From: a virus
Lineage: Duplodnaviria > Caudoviricetes
Length of the DNA stretch: 47,804 nucleotides
Reading direction: 5' to 3' (one strand)
IMG/VR virus record: IMGVR_UViG_3300030095_001639
Location: 1 to 47,804 of that record
Positions 27,609-37,166 of this stretch are shown in pieces (within the stretch, counting starts at the first letter, position 1; every line of letters begins with the position of its first letter). Below the pieces are notes generated by a model, which searched no databases, was not told where the DNA came from, and worked only from the letters and a program-made list of their open reading frames with translations. Position numbers and translations under genes: made by a program.

Positions 27609-28649
27609 CTATTCCTCCTTCGTGTTCATAAGTTGTTTCGCATACTCTTCTAATGGCACTCTTAATTTTCTCGCTATTGCGACCTGTGAGGAAGTGAGTC
27701 TCACAGTTTTGTTGTTGCTACCGGTCTTTGAACTACGCGTTGCAGATGCAACTGTTTGTGTAGGTTTACTAGTAGTTTTTTCATCAACAGGTTTATCAAA
27801 TTTATGGGGGAATTCAAGTCTTATTCTCTTGTCAATCTCCGCATAATATTCGTCAGATTGAGGGTCTAAACCCTCTTCTTCTGTTAATTTTCTATGTAAA
27901 TCAAACGCTGTATAAGTCATAGCATTATCTTTACCAAACCATTCATTTTTTTCAGCCCAAGATTCTGCTCTTGGATCTCTAGGGGCTAATTGTTGTGTTG
28001 GTTGTTGGACTGTTTGAGGTTTTTCTTTATCAGCTGTCTCCTGCATTTGATGCTGGGTTTTTATTTCTGCTAATTTACCTTGTTCATAACCTAATTGGGA
28101 AATAGCTGTTAAAGCCTCTACTTCAGCTTTAGAGTCTTCATTGGTTCTTGCTGCTGCAAGTTTCGCTTGAGCTGCAGCTAGTTGACCAGAAATTCTATTC
28201 TCCATCTCAACAGCATAATCTTTATCTAAAGATTGAGATCTAGTTTCAAACTGATCTCGTTCTTTTTTAATACTTTGAGCGTAACGTAAAGCTTCTTCTT
28301 TTTGCCTTTCGGCCTCACGCATTTTCTTAGTAAGTTTTGCTATTCTTTTTTTGACTCCTTCAGAGTATTCTTCAACTGCTTTAGCGTCGTCTGGTTGTTT
28401 ATCACTCCCTTTCTCATCAACGCTCTTCTCTGCAGTTCCTCCCTCGGCACTGAGTTGCCTATCAGATTGCTGCTCGTTAGATTTCTCAGATGTGTCATTG
28501 GGCTGATTATCGTACGTAACATTTTCTTCATCGTTCTTTTTTACCTCGTTCTCATATGTCTTATCTATTTCTTTTTCATCTTGTTGCAACTGAACATTGG
28601 CACCACCTAGTGATGTATCAAGTTCAACTGTTTTTTCATTGTCTGGCAT
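27609..28649 (-). CDS. Capsid scaffolding protein (putative)
   Basis: Acidic coiled coil, YSEGVKKRI.KLT, DP.A..W...N.WFG, C-terminal LT.SQ..IA.KL.V..EEYAK. Confidence 0.7.
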   Translation of the reverse strand: MPDNEKTVELDTSLGGANVQLQQDEKEIDKTYENEVKKNDEENVTYDNQPNDTSEKSNEQQSDRQLSAEGGTAEKSVDEKGSDKQPDDAKAVEEYSEGVKKRIAKLTKKMREAERQKEEALRYAQSIKKERDQFETRSQSLDKDYAVEMENRISGQLAAAQAKLAAARTNEDSKAEVEALTAISQLGYEQGKLAEIKTQHQMQETADKEKPQTVQQPTQQLAPRDPRAESWAEKNEWFGKDNAMTYTAFDLHRKLTEEEGLDPQSDEYYAEIDKRIRLEFPHKFDKPVDEKTTSKPTQTVASATRSSKTGSNNKTVRLTSSQVAIARKLRVPLEEYAKQLMNTKEE

Positions 28650-28667
28650 AGTTTTTCTCCTCTATGA

Positions 28668-29063
28668 TTAAAATTCGTGGAATATATCTTCGGGGTTATC
28701 CACGGTTGCTAAAACTTCATCATCATTAAGAAGTCTTATCTCACCCCCATCTATTTTAATTCGTGATCCTGCATATCTTGCGAATACAATCCAATCACCT
28801 TTTTTACACCAGGGACCCTCTGGGTATCTTTCTTTATCATAGCAGTGTGGTCCCATGTCTAAAATTAAACCACAAGTTGATGCTACTTGTGATCTTTCTA
28901 ATGTTTCATCTGCTAATATTACTCCACCTTTCGTTTTCTCTTTTTGTTTAAAAGGTAAAACTAAAAGTCTCCAACCTGTTGGTTTAGGAAGTTTTTGAGA
29001 TTCTGATTTTTTTAAACCAATAAGATCATTTTTTGGTTTTAATATCGACGACTGTTCCTTCAT
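28668..29063 (-). CDS. groES: Co-chaperonin GroES (Cpn10)
   Basis: P.GWRLLV, EKTKGGVIL mobile loop, GD.I.F.RYAG, LLNDDEVLA. Confidence 0.9.
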   Translation of the reverse strand: MKEQSSILKPKNDLIGLKKSESQKLPKPTGWRLLVLPFKQKEKTKGGVILADETLERSQVASTCGLILDMGPHCYDKERYPEGPWCKKGDWIVFARYAGSRIKIDGGEIRLLNDDEVLATVDNPEDIFHEF

Positions 29064-29256
29064 TTTCTTTTTGCTCCTTTTTATCTAGCAGGGTGGATAT
29101 TTCCTGATTTAAATATTGATACGTTCGTATCTGTCCTAACATATATTGGTATTTCTCCATATTGTCAACACCTCCTGAGGCCATCGCAGATATAACATCA
29201 TCATGCCTCATTTTTATAATCCTTCTTACTTTTTCTATAAACGTTAACTCATCCAT
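29026..29256 (-). CDS. Small hypothetical protein
   Basis: ORF-track entry; GGVDNMEKY.YMLGQI; coupled to neighbours. Confidence 0.65.
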   Translation of the reverse strand: MDELTFIEKVRRIIKMRHDDVISAMASGGVDNMEKYQYMLGQIRTYQYLNQEISTLLDKKEQKENEGTVVDIKTKK

Positions 29257-29393
29257 TATTTTCCTCTCTTCCTATCAACATTTTTTATTGTTCCTTTATT
29301 TTTTGAAGCATAAAATACAGTTTCACCTTTTTTCTTGCCATATTTTTTCTTCATAGATTTCATTATTTTTTTACCTTTATCTGTTAATGGCAT
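29256..29393 (-). CDS. Small basic protein, 45 aa (MPLTDKGKKIMKSMKKKYGKKKGETVFYASKNKG...)
   Basis: Hand-translated; TAATG overlaps at both ends. Confidence 0.75.
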   Translation of the reverse strand: MPLTDKGKKIMKSMKKKYGKKKGETVFYASKNKGTIKNVDRKRGK

Positions 29394-29611
29394 TATAATA
29401 CCGCTCCTTTTTCGGGTTCAAACTCATCTAAAACTGCTAACTTTTCTTTTGCATTTGCAATTTTTTCTAATTGTTTATCTACTTCTTCTATGTGTTGTGG
29501 ATGCTCTCCAATACCAACACTGTTTTCTAAATAGATATTTGCAGTTGCATCAGCATGTGCAATTTCAGCTTCATACTTAGCTCTTAACGCTTCTATTATT
29601 GCTCTTCGCAT
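29393..29611 (-). CDS. Small acidic hypothetical protein
   Basis: YLENSVGIGEHPQ motif recalled from marine phages. Confidence 0.65.
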   Translation of the reverse strand: MRRAIIEALRAKYEAEIAHADATANIYLENSVGIGEHPQHIEEVDKQLEKIANAKEKLAVLDEFEPEKGAVL

Positions 29612-29873
29612 TTCTTATTGTCTCCTTACCTTTCTTAAAAATTGCAGCGACTTTTGATTTACCCATAACCTTGGCACGCTGTTCTCCAACAGTTAATATC
29701 TGAATTTTCCTCGCAAACGGTTTTGAAATCTTTTTAACTTTCGCAACAGTTTTCTTCGCATCCAATGGAGTTTTAAACTTAATGCTGACAGTGTCTCTCG
29801 GATTCTCATCTGTGTATAACCTCCTTCCTGAACCTTTTGGTTTTTTACCTGTACCTACTTTAGGATCAGCCAT
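29577..29873 (-). CDS. Small basic protein (LYTDENP.DT motif)
   Basis: Lys-rich; GRRLYTDENPRDTVSIKF. Confidence 0.65.
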   Translation of the reverse strand: MADPKVGTGKKPKGSGRRLYTDENPRDTVSIKFKTPLDAKKTVAKVKKISKPFARKIQILTVGEQRAKVMGKSKVAAIFKKGKETIRNAKSNNRSVKS

Positions 29874-30158
29874 TTAACATTTCCATCTTCTACGCGCCTG
29901 CCTTAGTCTTGAATTAGGATCTTTTGCAGCTTTTGGAAACTTCTTCATTTGTCCTGCACTTCTCGCGCAGTATGATTTACGTCTTTTAGCAGCTTTAGAT
30001 CCTGGTTTGACTTTGCCAGTGACCGCTGTTTTTAATTTTGACCCTGGATTTTTTCTTCTGTACGCAGCTACACCTTTAGCTGTCATACCCGCACCAGATT
30101 TTGTTGATCTAAAATTTGTTTTATTTCTAGCAGGCATGTTATCTTGTTGTCTACTCAC
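29874..30158 (-). CDS. Small basic protein, DUF6321-like
   Basis: GMT.KG...YRR.NPGSKL, RRKSYCARS, DPNSR..ARRRWKC (family name from memory). Confidence 0.6.
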   Translation of the reverse strand: MSRQQDNMPARNKTNFRSTKSGAGMTAKGVAAYRRKNPGSKLKTAVTGKVKPGSKAAKRRKSYCARSAGQMKKFPKAAKDPNSRLRQARRRWKC

Positions 30159-30442
30159 ACCCTACCTCCGAAACTCATTTTTTTACGTTTTGCAAATGTT
30201 GCAACGTTGGTTGGTTTACCGCCCACACCCTGAGCTACCGATCGTTTTCGTTTGACAGCACTCGCCCTTTGCGAGTCGCTCATCCGTGTGGCTTTTGCAA
30301 GTGGGACGCATTTTGGATACTTCCTCTTCGCGTCTGATTTTTGTTTTGAACGGCCACATTTTGAAAATGAACCATCTTTTTTCTTGGAACCAATGTCTAC
30401 CCATTTTTGTTTGAACCATTTATCAAGACCATTTTTAGCCAT
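30155..30442 (-). CDS. Small basic protein (L.KWFK.KW.D motif), ends MSFGGRV
   Basis: ORF-track entry; CGR, YPKC.P; DUF5872-like from memory. Confidence 0.6.
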   Translation of the reverse strand: MAKNGLDKWFKQKWVDIGSKKKDGSFSKCGRSKQKSDAKRKYPKCVPLAKATRMSDSQRASAVKRKRSVAQGVGGKPTNVATFAKRKKMSFGGRV

Positions 30443-30446
30443 GGTG

Positions 30447-30758
30447 TTAAACTACTTTAGTTAATTTAGATCTATCAGACATGATAGCTCCGCATCCTCT
30501 AGCAACAAAAGCGTTTCCACCCTTTTTTAAACCCTGTCTTTTTAATCTAGCTGTAGCTTCCATAAGACCACCACCTGCTTTTCTGATTCTACCGCCCATA
30601 GCTTTTTTAGGACCTTTAAAATCTTTTCTTTTAACTCCAGATGGATCTTTAATTTTACCTGCACAAATTCTACTAGCATATGCGTTTGCATACGCCGACG
30701 GGTACACGTCAAATTTTCGTTTCGCTGCCGCTTTACCTCTAGGACAAAGTTTGGTCAT
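30447..30758 (-). CDS. Small basic protein (KF.VYPSAYAN motif)
   Basis: ORF-track entry; three GG motifs; ARGCGA. Confidence 0.65.
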   Translation of the reverse strand: MTKLCPRGKAAAKRKFDVYPSAYANAYASRICAGKIKDPSGVKRKDFKGPKKAMGGRIRKAGGGLMEATARLKRQGLKKGGNAFVARGCGAIMSDRSKLTKVV

Positions 30759-30892
30759 TATTTTTTTCTCGCTGTTTGTTTTGCTCTTGCAAAATTAGCT
30801 GCAGTCGGAGCACCTTTTGCTCCCTTCTTTCTCATTTTACCACCACGCTTTCTTTTAGCATGAATGTTTGCATATAAACCAGGACGAGACAT
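30758..30892 (-). CDS. Small basic protein, 44 aa (MSRPGLYANIHAKRKRGGKMRKKGAKGAPTAANFARAKQTARKK)
   Basis: Hand-translated; TAATG overlaps at both ends. Confidence 0.8.
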   Translation of the reverse strand: MSRPGLYANIHAKRKRGGKMRKKGAKGAPTAANFARAKQTARKK

Positions 30893-31041
30893 TATTTTAC
30901 CTTCCCACCTTTTTTCATATAACCCATTTTATTTCTAACTTTTTTAGGTAATTTTTTTAAACCTTTTTGAGATGGTTTAACTGGTTTTAAAGATTTCCCA
31001 CCTTTATTCATCATGGGTCTTTTCATCATTGTTCCGGGCAT
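30892..31041 (-). CDS. Small basic protein, 49 aa (MPGTMMKRPMMNKGGK...GYMKKGGKVK)
   Basis: Hand-translated; AGGA RBS; fills the gap. Confidence 0.75.
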   Translation of the reverse strand: MPGTMMKRPMMNKGGKSLKPVKPSQKGLKKLPKKVRNKMGYMKKGGKVK

Positions 31042-31048
31042 ATATTTC

Positions 31049-31354
31049 CTATTTATTTATTTTTCCAGATTTTTTAGCTTTAGATCCGAACTTACCATAA
31101 GACTCATTAGCAGAAGCTTTAAGTTGTTTTTTACTTCTTTTCTTTTTGATTCTCATAGCAATAGACTCATCTTTTCTATCTTTGTAGCCTTGTTTCTTTT
31201 TCTTAACTCGACCACCTTTTTTCATCATAGCACCACCTGCCATGCCCATGTCTGATGGATAATAACCAGATCTCATATCTCTTCTAGCTGTACCACCACC
31301 CATTAGCTTAGTTCTAGGTTGTGTAGTTTGTTTATTATAGTTTGGGTTTGCCAT
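31049..31354 (-). CDS. Small basic protein
   Basis: Start MANPNY at 31354 with GGAGG; QGY.DR.DES motif; MMKKGGRV. Confidence 0.65.
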   Translation of the reverse strand: MANPNYNKQTTQPRTKLMGGGTARRDMRSGYYPSDMGMAGGAMMKKGGRVKKKKQGYKDRKDESIAMRIKKKRSKKQLKASANESYGKFGSKAKKSGKINK

Positions 31355-31355
31355 T

Positions 31356-31961
31356 TTATTTTCCTCCTTTAAATGCTCTTCCGAAGCCACGTTTTGCAGC
31401 TCCTGTTCTCACTGCTGTTTTTTTACCTTTAACTATTCTACCGCCTTTTTTAGCCATCAAAGCTGATTCAGGCACGCCTTGTAATATATTTGGAATAGGC
31501 GCAGTATATGTCATGTCGGAACTTAACATAGCTGGTTTTTTATTTCTAGCTGCAAAAGTTCCAAATTTTCCTTTAGTATACGGTTTGCCATCTTGATAAA
31601 TATATTTATCTCCAACAAACATAGATTTTTTATTTCCTATTTTTTTAGGGACACCTTCACTGGCACTTTTAATTGTATAAACTTCACCTTTGTCAGTTAC
31701 TCTTTTAGATAACGGATTTTTCTTAGGTTTAGCAGGCATGCTATCCATAATAGTAGTTTTAGTTCTAGTTGGAGTAGATACAATTGATTCTTTAAACTCT
31801 ACATCATCAACCGTTGGTCTTAAACCACTTCCTCTTCCGCTATCAACACTAACATTTGACATTTCTGTTCCTTTGCCTCTGTTAGCTAAAGCTAAACCAG
31901 TTCCTAAAGCAGCTAAAGCTCCTAAAATTCTTCTATTTCTTTTTCTAGATTTTTTGCTCAT
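31356..31961 (-). CDS. Basic protein with N-terminal hydrophobic segment
   Basis: MSKKSRKRNRRILGALAALGTGLALA; C-terminal MAKKGGRI and G.AKRGFG. Confidence 0.65.
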   Translation of the reverse strand: MSKKSRKRNRRILGALAALGTGLALANRGKGTEMSNVSVDSGRGSGLRPTVDDVEFKESIVSTPTRTKTTIMDSMPAKPKKNPLSKRVTDKGEVYTIKSASEGVPKKIGNKKSMFVGDKYIYQDGKPYTKGKFGTFAARNKKPAMLSSDMTYTAPIPNILQGVPESALMAKKGGRIVKGKKTAVRTGAAKRGFGRAFKGGK

Positions 31962-32344
31962 TATTTTTTACCGTTCCTAAATATTTGTGTACCCTTTATA
32001 CCAAAAATTGAACCAACTACAAGGATCCAGAGTGAACTGAACCAGGTCGGCAGTGCTGCGAAATGCTCAAAGAAAATTTTTACTTTGTCTAACGCCACCG
32101 GATCGTCCGAAAAGACCCCCCAAGCAAGCACAATTATGGGCGCACTTAAAATTACCAAAACGAACTCGTCCTTATAGTCGTTTTGACGTGCTTCTAACAA
32201 TTTTCCCTGGTAAGCTTCCTCACCTCGAGCTTGACGCTCTGCATGCAACAATTGTGCATCAGACATAGCGACTTTTGCCCTCTGCTTATTAGCATAAATC
32301 TTACTTCCTGCAGAGACGGCTAATTTTATTGCCGATAACCACAT
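31961..32344 (-). CDS. Holin-like membrane protein (GTA 3TM type, putative)
   Basis: Amphipathic N-terminus, KDEF followed by a TM segment, LP.W followed by a TM segment ending FGIK, basic tail. Confidence 0.6.
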   Translation of the reverse strand: MWLSAIKLAVSAGSKIYANKQRAKVAMSDAQLLHAERQARGEEAYQGKLLEARQNDYKDEFVLVILSAPIIVLAWGVFSDDPVALDKVKIFFEHFAALPTWFSSLWILVVGSIFGIKGTQIFRNGKK

Positions 32345-32347
32345 AAT

Positions 32348-32530
32348 TTAATACCAAGTTGCTTTTACAGGCTTCTTGTCAGGTCTCATTCTTCGAGTAC
32401 CTTTAACTTCCACAGTTTGAGACGTAAAAGGATCAGTTGCTTGGATGATTTCACCACCTTTTTGCATTCCGTCCTTGTCTGCACCCAACTCTGGAGTTAT
32501 TTTTGGGTTTTTTATATTATTTTTTGTCAT
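32348..32530 (-). CDS. Small hypothetical protein
   Basis: AAGGAG RBS; MQKGGEI; ends ATWY. Confidence 0.65.
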   Translation of the reverse strand: MTKNNIKNPKITPELGADKDGMQKGGEIIQATDPFTSQTVEVKGTRRMRPDKKPVKATWY

Positions 32531-32544
32531 AGTTTCTCCTTATA

Positions 32545-35058
32545 TTATCTTTTTGGACCTTTCAAGATCTCTACATCAACCATTTTCATTAAATCGTTCT
32601 CCATTTTAGCGGATTGAGACATTGCTTGCTTAGTTAATGATGTATTTGCTCTTAATTGTGCCAATTCTTCGTTCTGATCTAGTTTTTCATCAAATTGTTG
32701 TTGGCCCATTAGCTGTTTAGAACGATCTAAATCAATTTTTTCTTGATCTTGATCACGTTTGGCAGCATCATTCATGGCTCTTAAGTCTAATTCTCTTGCT
32801 TTTAGTTGTGCAACAGGATCATTATTAAAACCACCCATGATTTTGTTTTCTTCTTCTTTAAATTCTTGAGTCATCTCTGCAATTAATTTTGCTTTTCTAG
32901 ATTCAAGACTCATTGACATAGTCATAATTTGTTGTTGGTACTGAGGATCTTGTTGTAACATTGGATTTTGTTGAACCATCTGTTGCATTTGTGTTAATTG
33001 CATTATCTCTTCTCTAAACTCTACTTCTAATTGCTCTTGTGCCATTAAAGAAATGTGTTCAAATATATTTTTTTCTAACGCTCCCATAATTGGTGGTGCG
33101 TTTCTTGCAATGTTAGTTGCCATAAAATTTAAGTGAGTAGTTATATGTGCTCTGTGATCTTGACCTTTGAAAGCTTGAAAAGGTTTTCCTGACATCGCTA
33201 AAATATTTTCTGCAGCCGGGTCCATTGGTTGTGGTTGTTGCGGTGGTGGCAAGACTTTGTCTATGTTTTTTACACCGATTGCTGTGTACATCGCGTGAAA
33301 TGCTTCGTACAAATTATGCATTTGTGGATTTGACATTGCAAGTTGTAATTCTGTTTGAGCTAAACTAATTCTTTGTGACTGTGAAAATATATTTGGATCA
33401 GCTACAGGTATGATATCTACCTTATCATCAAAATCTAATTGTTTAATATTTCTTTGACCACCAACAACATCGTAAGGATATTCTTGTGGAAGGTATGTTT
33501 TGTAAACCCCTGCTAATAATTGAAATTCATTTTTCATCGCCACATACAATCTTTTATGTATGGCTGACATGACCCTGGAGCCACGCTCTAAGAGGGCTAT
33601 GGTCGTACCAACAGCTGCCTGCTGGTTGCCGTCACCGACCTGCATGTCAGCTATGGCGGCGAATCGTTGTCCTGCATTTACTACAATCCCCATCAGTTGC
33701 AACAATGTTGCTGATGGTTCTTTAAATGGTAAAGGCATAAATGCATCTCTGATACTTCCACCAGGTGCATCAACATCTCTAAATTCGCCAGGCTGTATAG
33801 CTTGAGCCTCGTCTCTGACACGGATTCCCCTTTGTTTAAATCCTGCCGGTAAATTACTTAAAGTTCCTGCGTCTAACAATTGACGTAAAGCAGTAGTTGC
33901 AGTTCTAGACAAACCACCGATCATATGAATTAAACCAAAACCATAGAAACCCATTCCAGGTAAAAATTTAAAATGCACAAAATAATCTATCTTAAGTTTT
34001 TGTGGATCTTCTGCTTGATAGTTTCTTCTAATTGATAATATTTCTCTGCCACCCATTTCAAGAGTTACAATGTACGGAAGTTTAATTCCTGTTGGTTCTC
34101 CTGTTGAGTCTTTGTCTTCAAAACCTTCGATGTCTAAATCTTGGTGTATTTCTAAAATTGTAAAAATGTCTTCGTCTCTAGTTTTTCTTACACCTTCTAG
34201 TTCTCTTTCTTTTTTCTCTACTTCTGTTTCTTGATTATAGCCAGGTGTTAATTCTATATCTCTATAAAAACCTGACACTTGTTTTTTTCTTAATTCGTTT
34301 TCTGACATTTTAATTACGTGAATAACAGACTCTGCATCTTCTAAAGAAGTTGCAGTGTAAGGCACAACTAAATCATCTGCCGGTACGAATTTTGAAACGG
34401 CTCTGCCAAGAAGTTCATCGTAATAAACTTTCTTAAAAGCAGAGCCACTAAGAGGGAGATAAAAAAGCATTTGATCGAACTCGGGTTCATACTCCTTCAT
34501 CACGTCCATGAGCTGATAGTTCATGAATTCTTTTACACGTTGAGACTGTTCTTCTCTCGCTCTGTCAGCAAGTCCAACTATTCTTGTATGTACGGGACCT
34601 GATGCAGGTAATAATTCTTTATATGCTTGTGCTTGAAATTGTGTAACCGCTTCTGCTAACACAGGGTGAGTTGCACCCGATGCACCTTGAAATGGTTGTG
34701 TTGGATTTTCATATTTAAATCCTAAAAGATCTAAACCTTTTGTGTAAGTATCTTCCCAATCTTTTCTAGAAGATTTATATTGTTCGTAATTTGCAGCAAG
34801 GTCTGACCCTAATTTACCTAAAACATCTTCAGGTAAAAGTTCTGCTAAGTTATCAAAATGTGAATTTGTTCCAGGTTGGTTAACTGCCTCTGGGTCAAAA
34901 CTAATTGTAGCTCCCCCATCTTCTTCTTGAGTAATTTGTACGTCTTCAGGACCAACTTGTTCTTGAATAGTTTCTTGTTCAGCAACTGCGATTTCTTCTT
35001 CGCCAGGTACTTTAATTTCAGTCTCTACGTTTGGAAGAGCTTTGTCTATATCTGCCAT
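32545..35058 (-). CDS. Portal protein
   Basis: 837 aa; SR.DW..Y..GL.LLG, HP.LAEA..QFQA, LPL.GS.FKK.Y.D, G.YG.GL.H, L.DAG.L.N; Gln-rich C-terminal barrel; between terminase and head genes. Confidence 0.9.
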   Translation of the reverse strand: MADIDKALPNVETEIKVPGEEEIAVAEQETIQEQVGPEDVQITQEEDGGATISFDPEAVNQPGTNSHFDNLAELLPEDVLGKLGSDLAANYEQYKSSRKDWEDTYTKGLDLLGFKYENPTQPFQGASGATHPVLAEAVTQFQAQAYKELLPASGPVHTRIVGLADRAREEQSQRVKEFMNYQLMDVMKEYEPEFDQMLFYLPLSGSAFKKVYYDELLGRAVSKFVPADDLVVPYTATSLEDAESVIHVIKMSENELRKKQVSGFYRDIELTPGYNQETEVEKKERELEGVRKTRDEDIFTILEIHQDLDIEGFEDKDSTGEPTGIKLPYIVTLEMGGREILSIRRNYQAEDPQKLKIDYFVHFKFLPGMGFYGFGLIHMIGGLSRTATTALRQLLDAGTLSNLPAGFKQRGIRVRDEAQAIQPGEFRDVDAPGGSIRDAFMPLPFKEPSATLLQLMGIVVNAGQRFAAIADMQVGDGNQQAAVGTTIALLERGSRVMSAIHKRLYVAMKNEFQLLAGVYKTYLPQEYPYDVVGGQRNIKQLDFDDKVDIIPVADPNIFSQSQRISLAQTELQLAMSNPQMHNLYEAFHAMYTAIGVKNIDKVLPPPQQPQPMDPAAENILAMSGKPFQAFKGQDHRAHITTHLNFMATNIARNAPPIMGALEKNIFEHISLMAQEQLEVEFREEIMQLTQMQQMVQQNPMLQQDPQYQQQIMTMSMSLESRKAKLIAEMTQEFKEEENKIMGGFNNDPVAQLKARELDLRAMNDAAKRDQDQEKIDLDRSKQLMGQQQFDEKLDQNEELAQLRANTSLTKQAMSQSAKMENDLMKMVDVEILKGPKR

Positions 35059-35194
35059 TTATTTTCTCCGAGTTCTCTATGTTTCTAACTTGTTTTGTGG
35101 GAAGATTCAACCCTTGTGGATCAGGGCCCTTCAAAGGGGGTATCGCTTTAAATTTGACGTGTTGCATATTTACAACAAGAGTTTTATTCTTCAC
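35018..35194 (-). CDS. Small protein with IPPLKGPDPQGL motif
   Basis: Likely GTG start at 35194 with GAGGT upstream; overlaps the portal start. Confidence 0.5.
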   Translation of the reverse strand: MKNKTLVVNMQHVKFKAIPPLKGPDPQGLNLPTKQVRNIENSEKINGRYRQSSSKRRD

Positions 35195-37166
35195 TAAACA
35201 TACCTCTTTTGTTTCTATAATCGTCAAATAACTCATACCCACTAATACCAGCAGATAATGCAAGACCCGGTAATCCAAATCTTCTAGATACAGTTTTTAA
35301 TACACTTGGACTAATCCCAAGTCTCATTGTTTTTGCAATCGCAGGACTTACTCCTTTTGTAGCAAAGTCAGTTACAGGACCTGCAAAAGCAGCTCCTAAA
35401 TAATTCATTGGATTGGTTGCAATGTCGGTTAACGAATCTCCTTGTTGAACTTGACCCGCTAAAAATAATGGTTCAGTTGCAAGTAAACCTGCTGGAGTTC
35501 CAAGTGTTGCTAAACCTCTTCCTAAAGTTTTTAATGCTGTCTTTGTAATTCCAGATGGTTTTTTTCCAAATCTTCTAGATGTTGCAGCTTCAATTGTAGA
35601 TGGTGCAACTGCTGCAGTTCCAGCCACAGCGCTAGCTCCTAATACCGGTAATTGATAATCTAATATTGGAGGTCTTTCTTGTGGTGTATCATCCAATGAT
35701 CCTGTCACCATATCAATTAACAAATTCTTTTGTTGGTCTTCATTTGATAAATAAGTTTCTGGATCGTCGTTCATAAATTTTTTAACAACGCCTGCTGTTG
35801 CTGCACCTGCTGCAGCAAATGCACCAAACATACCAGCTCCTCTTAGAAATGGACTTTGTAAAAGTTTTGTCGCTGAGTTTTTAAATTTATCTATTTTACT
35901 TGCATCTCTTACTAATTTTTCTGGCTCCTTTTGTATTGCTTCTTCAACAGCGTCGACACAACTTATTGTTCCACCATTTGCTTTTTTAGTTCTAACTAAA
36001 CTACAAATAGGTCCATTATTCCCAGCATCTTTTCTTATATCTATAAATAAACTTTTTATTTCATCAGGTGCTTCCATCGATTCTAGTGTTTTTAAAATTC
36101 TAGGAAAAGAACCTGTTTTACTATCATAAGCTACATCTGCTGCAGCACCTACTCTACCAACGTTTGGAAGTTCAACACGTATATTTCTTTCTTTTAAAAT
36201 ACCATCTAACTGTGCCGCTGTTTCTTCGTTAACACCTTTGTTAAAAAAATTTGTTAACTGACTCTGTACAAAAGCTCTGTTAAATTGATTAGGTGTTATG
36301 TTTACATTAGTTGGATATCTTCCGCCTCGTTTTCTTTTAGCCACTGGACTAACATCAAAAAGATCAAACAGACGTCCATCTTTTGCTTTCTGTAAATAAT
36401 AATCATCTGATTTTAATCTAGAATAAAAATTACCTGTATCTTTATCTAAACGTATAGCCATCATAGCTTTTACATTTTGACCAAAAGGAGTAGTGTTAAT
36501 TAACTCTGGTTTATTTTGAAAATAATCATTTATCGCTGATATACCACCCTGTATTTTTTTAATATTTTGTTTATCTAATTCACTAGCACCTTTTGTAACT
36601 GCTTTTACATTTTCATATCTTCGTTTATTTCTTTTGTATGATACTTCTTCTGGATCTCCTGCAGGGGTTCTAAAACTAGTGTTTTTTCTTTTATCTAAAG
36701 CAGTCTCCGCCTCTTCTCTAGTATTAAAATATTTAAGACCTATAAACTCTTCAGGTATGGCAGTTGTTTTAACATCTAAATTAGGTCTTCCAAACTCAAC
36801 TTTAAATTTTGCACCTGCCGGAATATCTGGGTTTCTTGTTCTGTCTATATTAGTTATTTCTCGTATAGAATTAAATCTAGGTTCTGTTCTTCTAGACTCT
36901 TCAAAAAATTTAAAATCTTTTAAAGCAATTGGTTTTATTATATTCTGATTTCTTCCTGTTGTTAAAATTCTACTAATAGTAGATCTTCCAATATCTTTAT
37001 TATGTTTTTCTTTTAAAAATTTTACTATTTGATCGGGACCTAATTTTTCAGTTTCATATGTATCTAAAATTAATTTAATAGTTTTTGCGTCTAAACCAGA
37101 TCGTTTGCCACCACCTGTAAAATAACTTGCATATATCTCTTGAACTTTATTGATATCAACAGCCAT
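35184..37166 (-). CDS. Modular protein: DNA-binding/nuclease-like N-terminal half plus Ala/Gly-rich hydrophobic C-terminal half
   Basis: HTH-like QIVKFL..IGRSTISRIL, AP2-like KYFNTREEAE, C-terminal amphipathic segments. Confidence 0.55.
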   Translation of the reverse strand: MAVDINKVQEIYASYFTGGGKRSGLDAKTIKLILDTYETEKLGPDQIVKFLKEKHNKDIGRSTISRILTTGRNQNIIKPIALKDFKFFEESRRTEPRFNSIREITNIDRTRNPDIPAGAKFKVEFGRPNLDVKTTAIPEEFIGLKYFNTREEAETALDKRKNTSFRTPAGDPEEVSYKRNKRRYENVKAVTKGASELDKQNIKKIQGGISAINDYFQNKPELINTTPFGQNVKAMMAIRLDKDTGNFYSRLKSDDYYLQKAKDGRLFDLFDVSPVAKRKRGGRYPTNVNITPNQFNRAFVQSQLTNFFNKGVNEETAAQLDGILKERNIRVELPNVGRVGAAADVAYDSKTGSFPRILKTLESMEAPDEIKSLFIDIRKDAGNNGPICSLVRTKKANGGTISCVDAVEEAIQKEPEKLVRDASKIDKFKNSATKLLQSPFLRGAGMFGAFAAAGAATAGVVKKFMNDDPETYLSNEDQQKNLLIDMVTGSLDDTPQERPPILDYQLPVLGASAVAGTAAVAPSTIEAATSRRFGKKPSGITKTALKTLGRGLATLGTPAGLLATEPLFLAGQVQQGDSLTDIATNPMNYLGAAFAGPVTDFATKGVSPAIAKTMRLGISPSVLKTVSRRFGLPGLALSAGISGYELFDDYRNKRGMFSEE

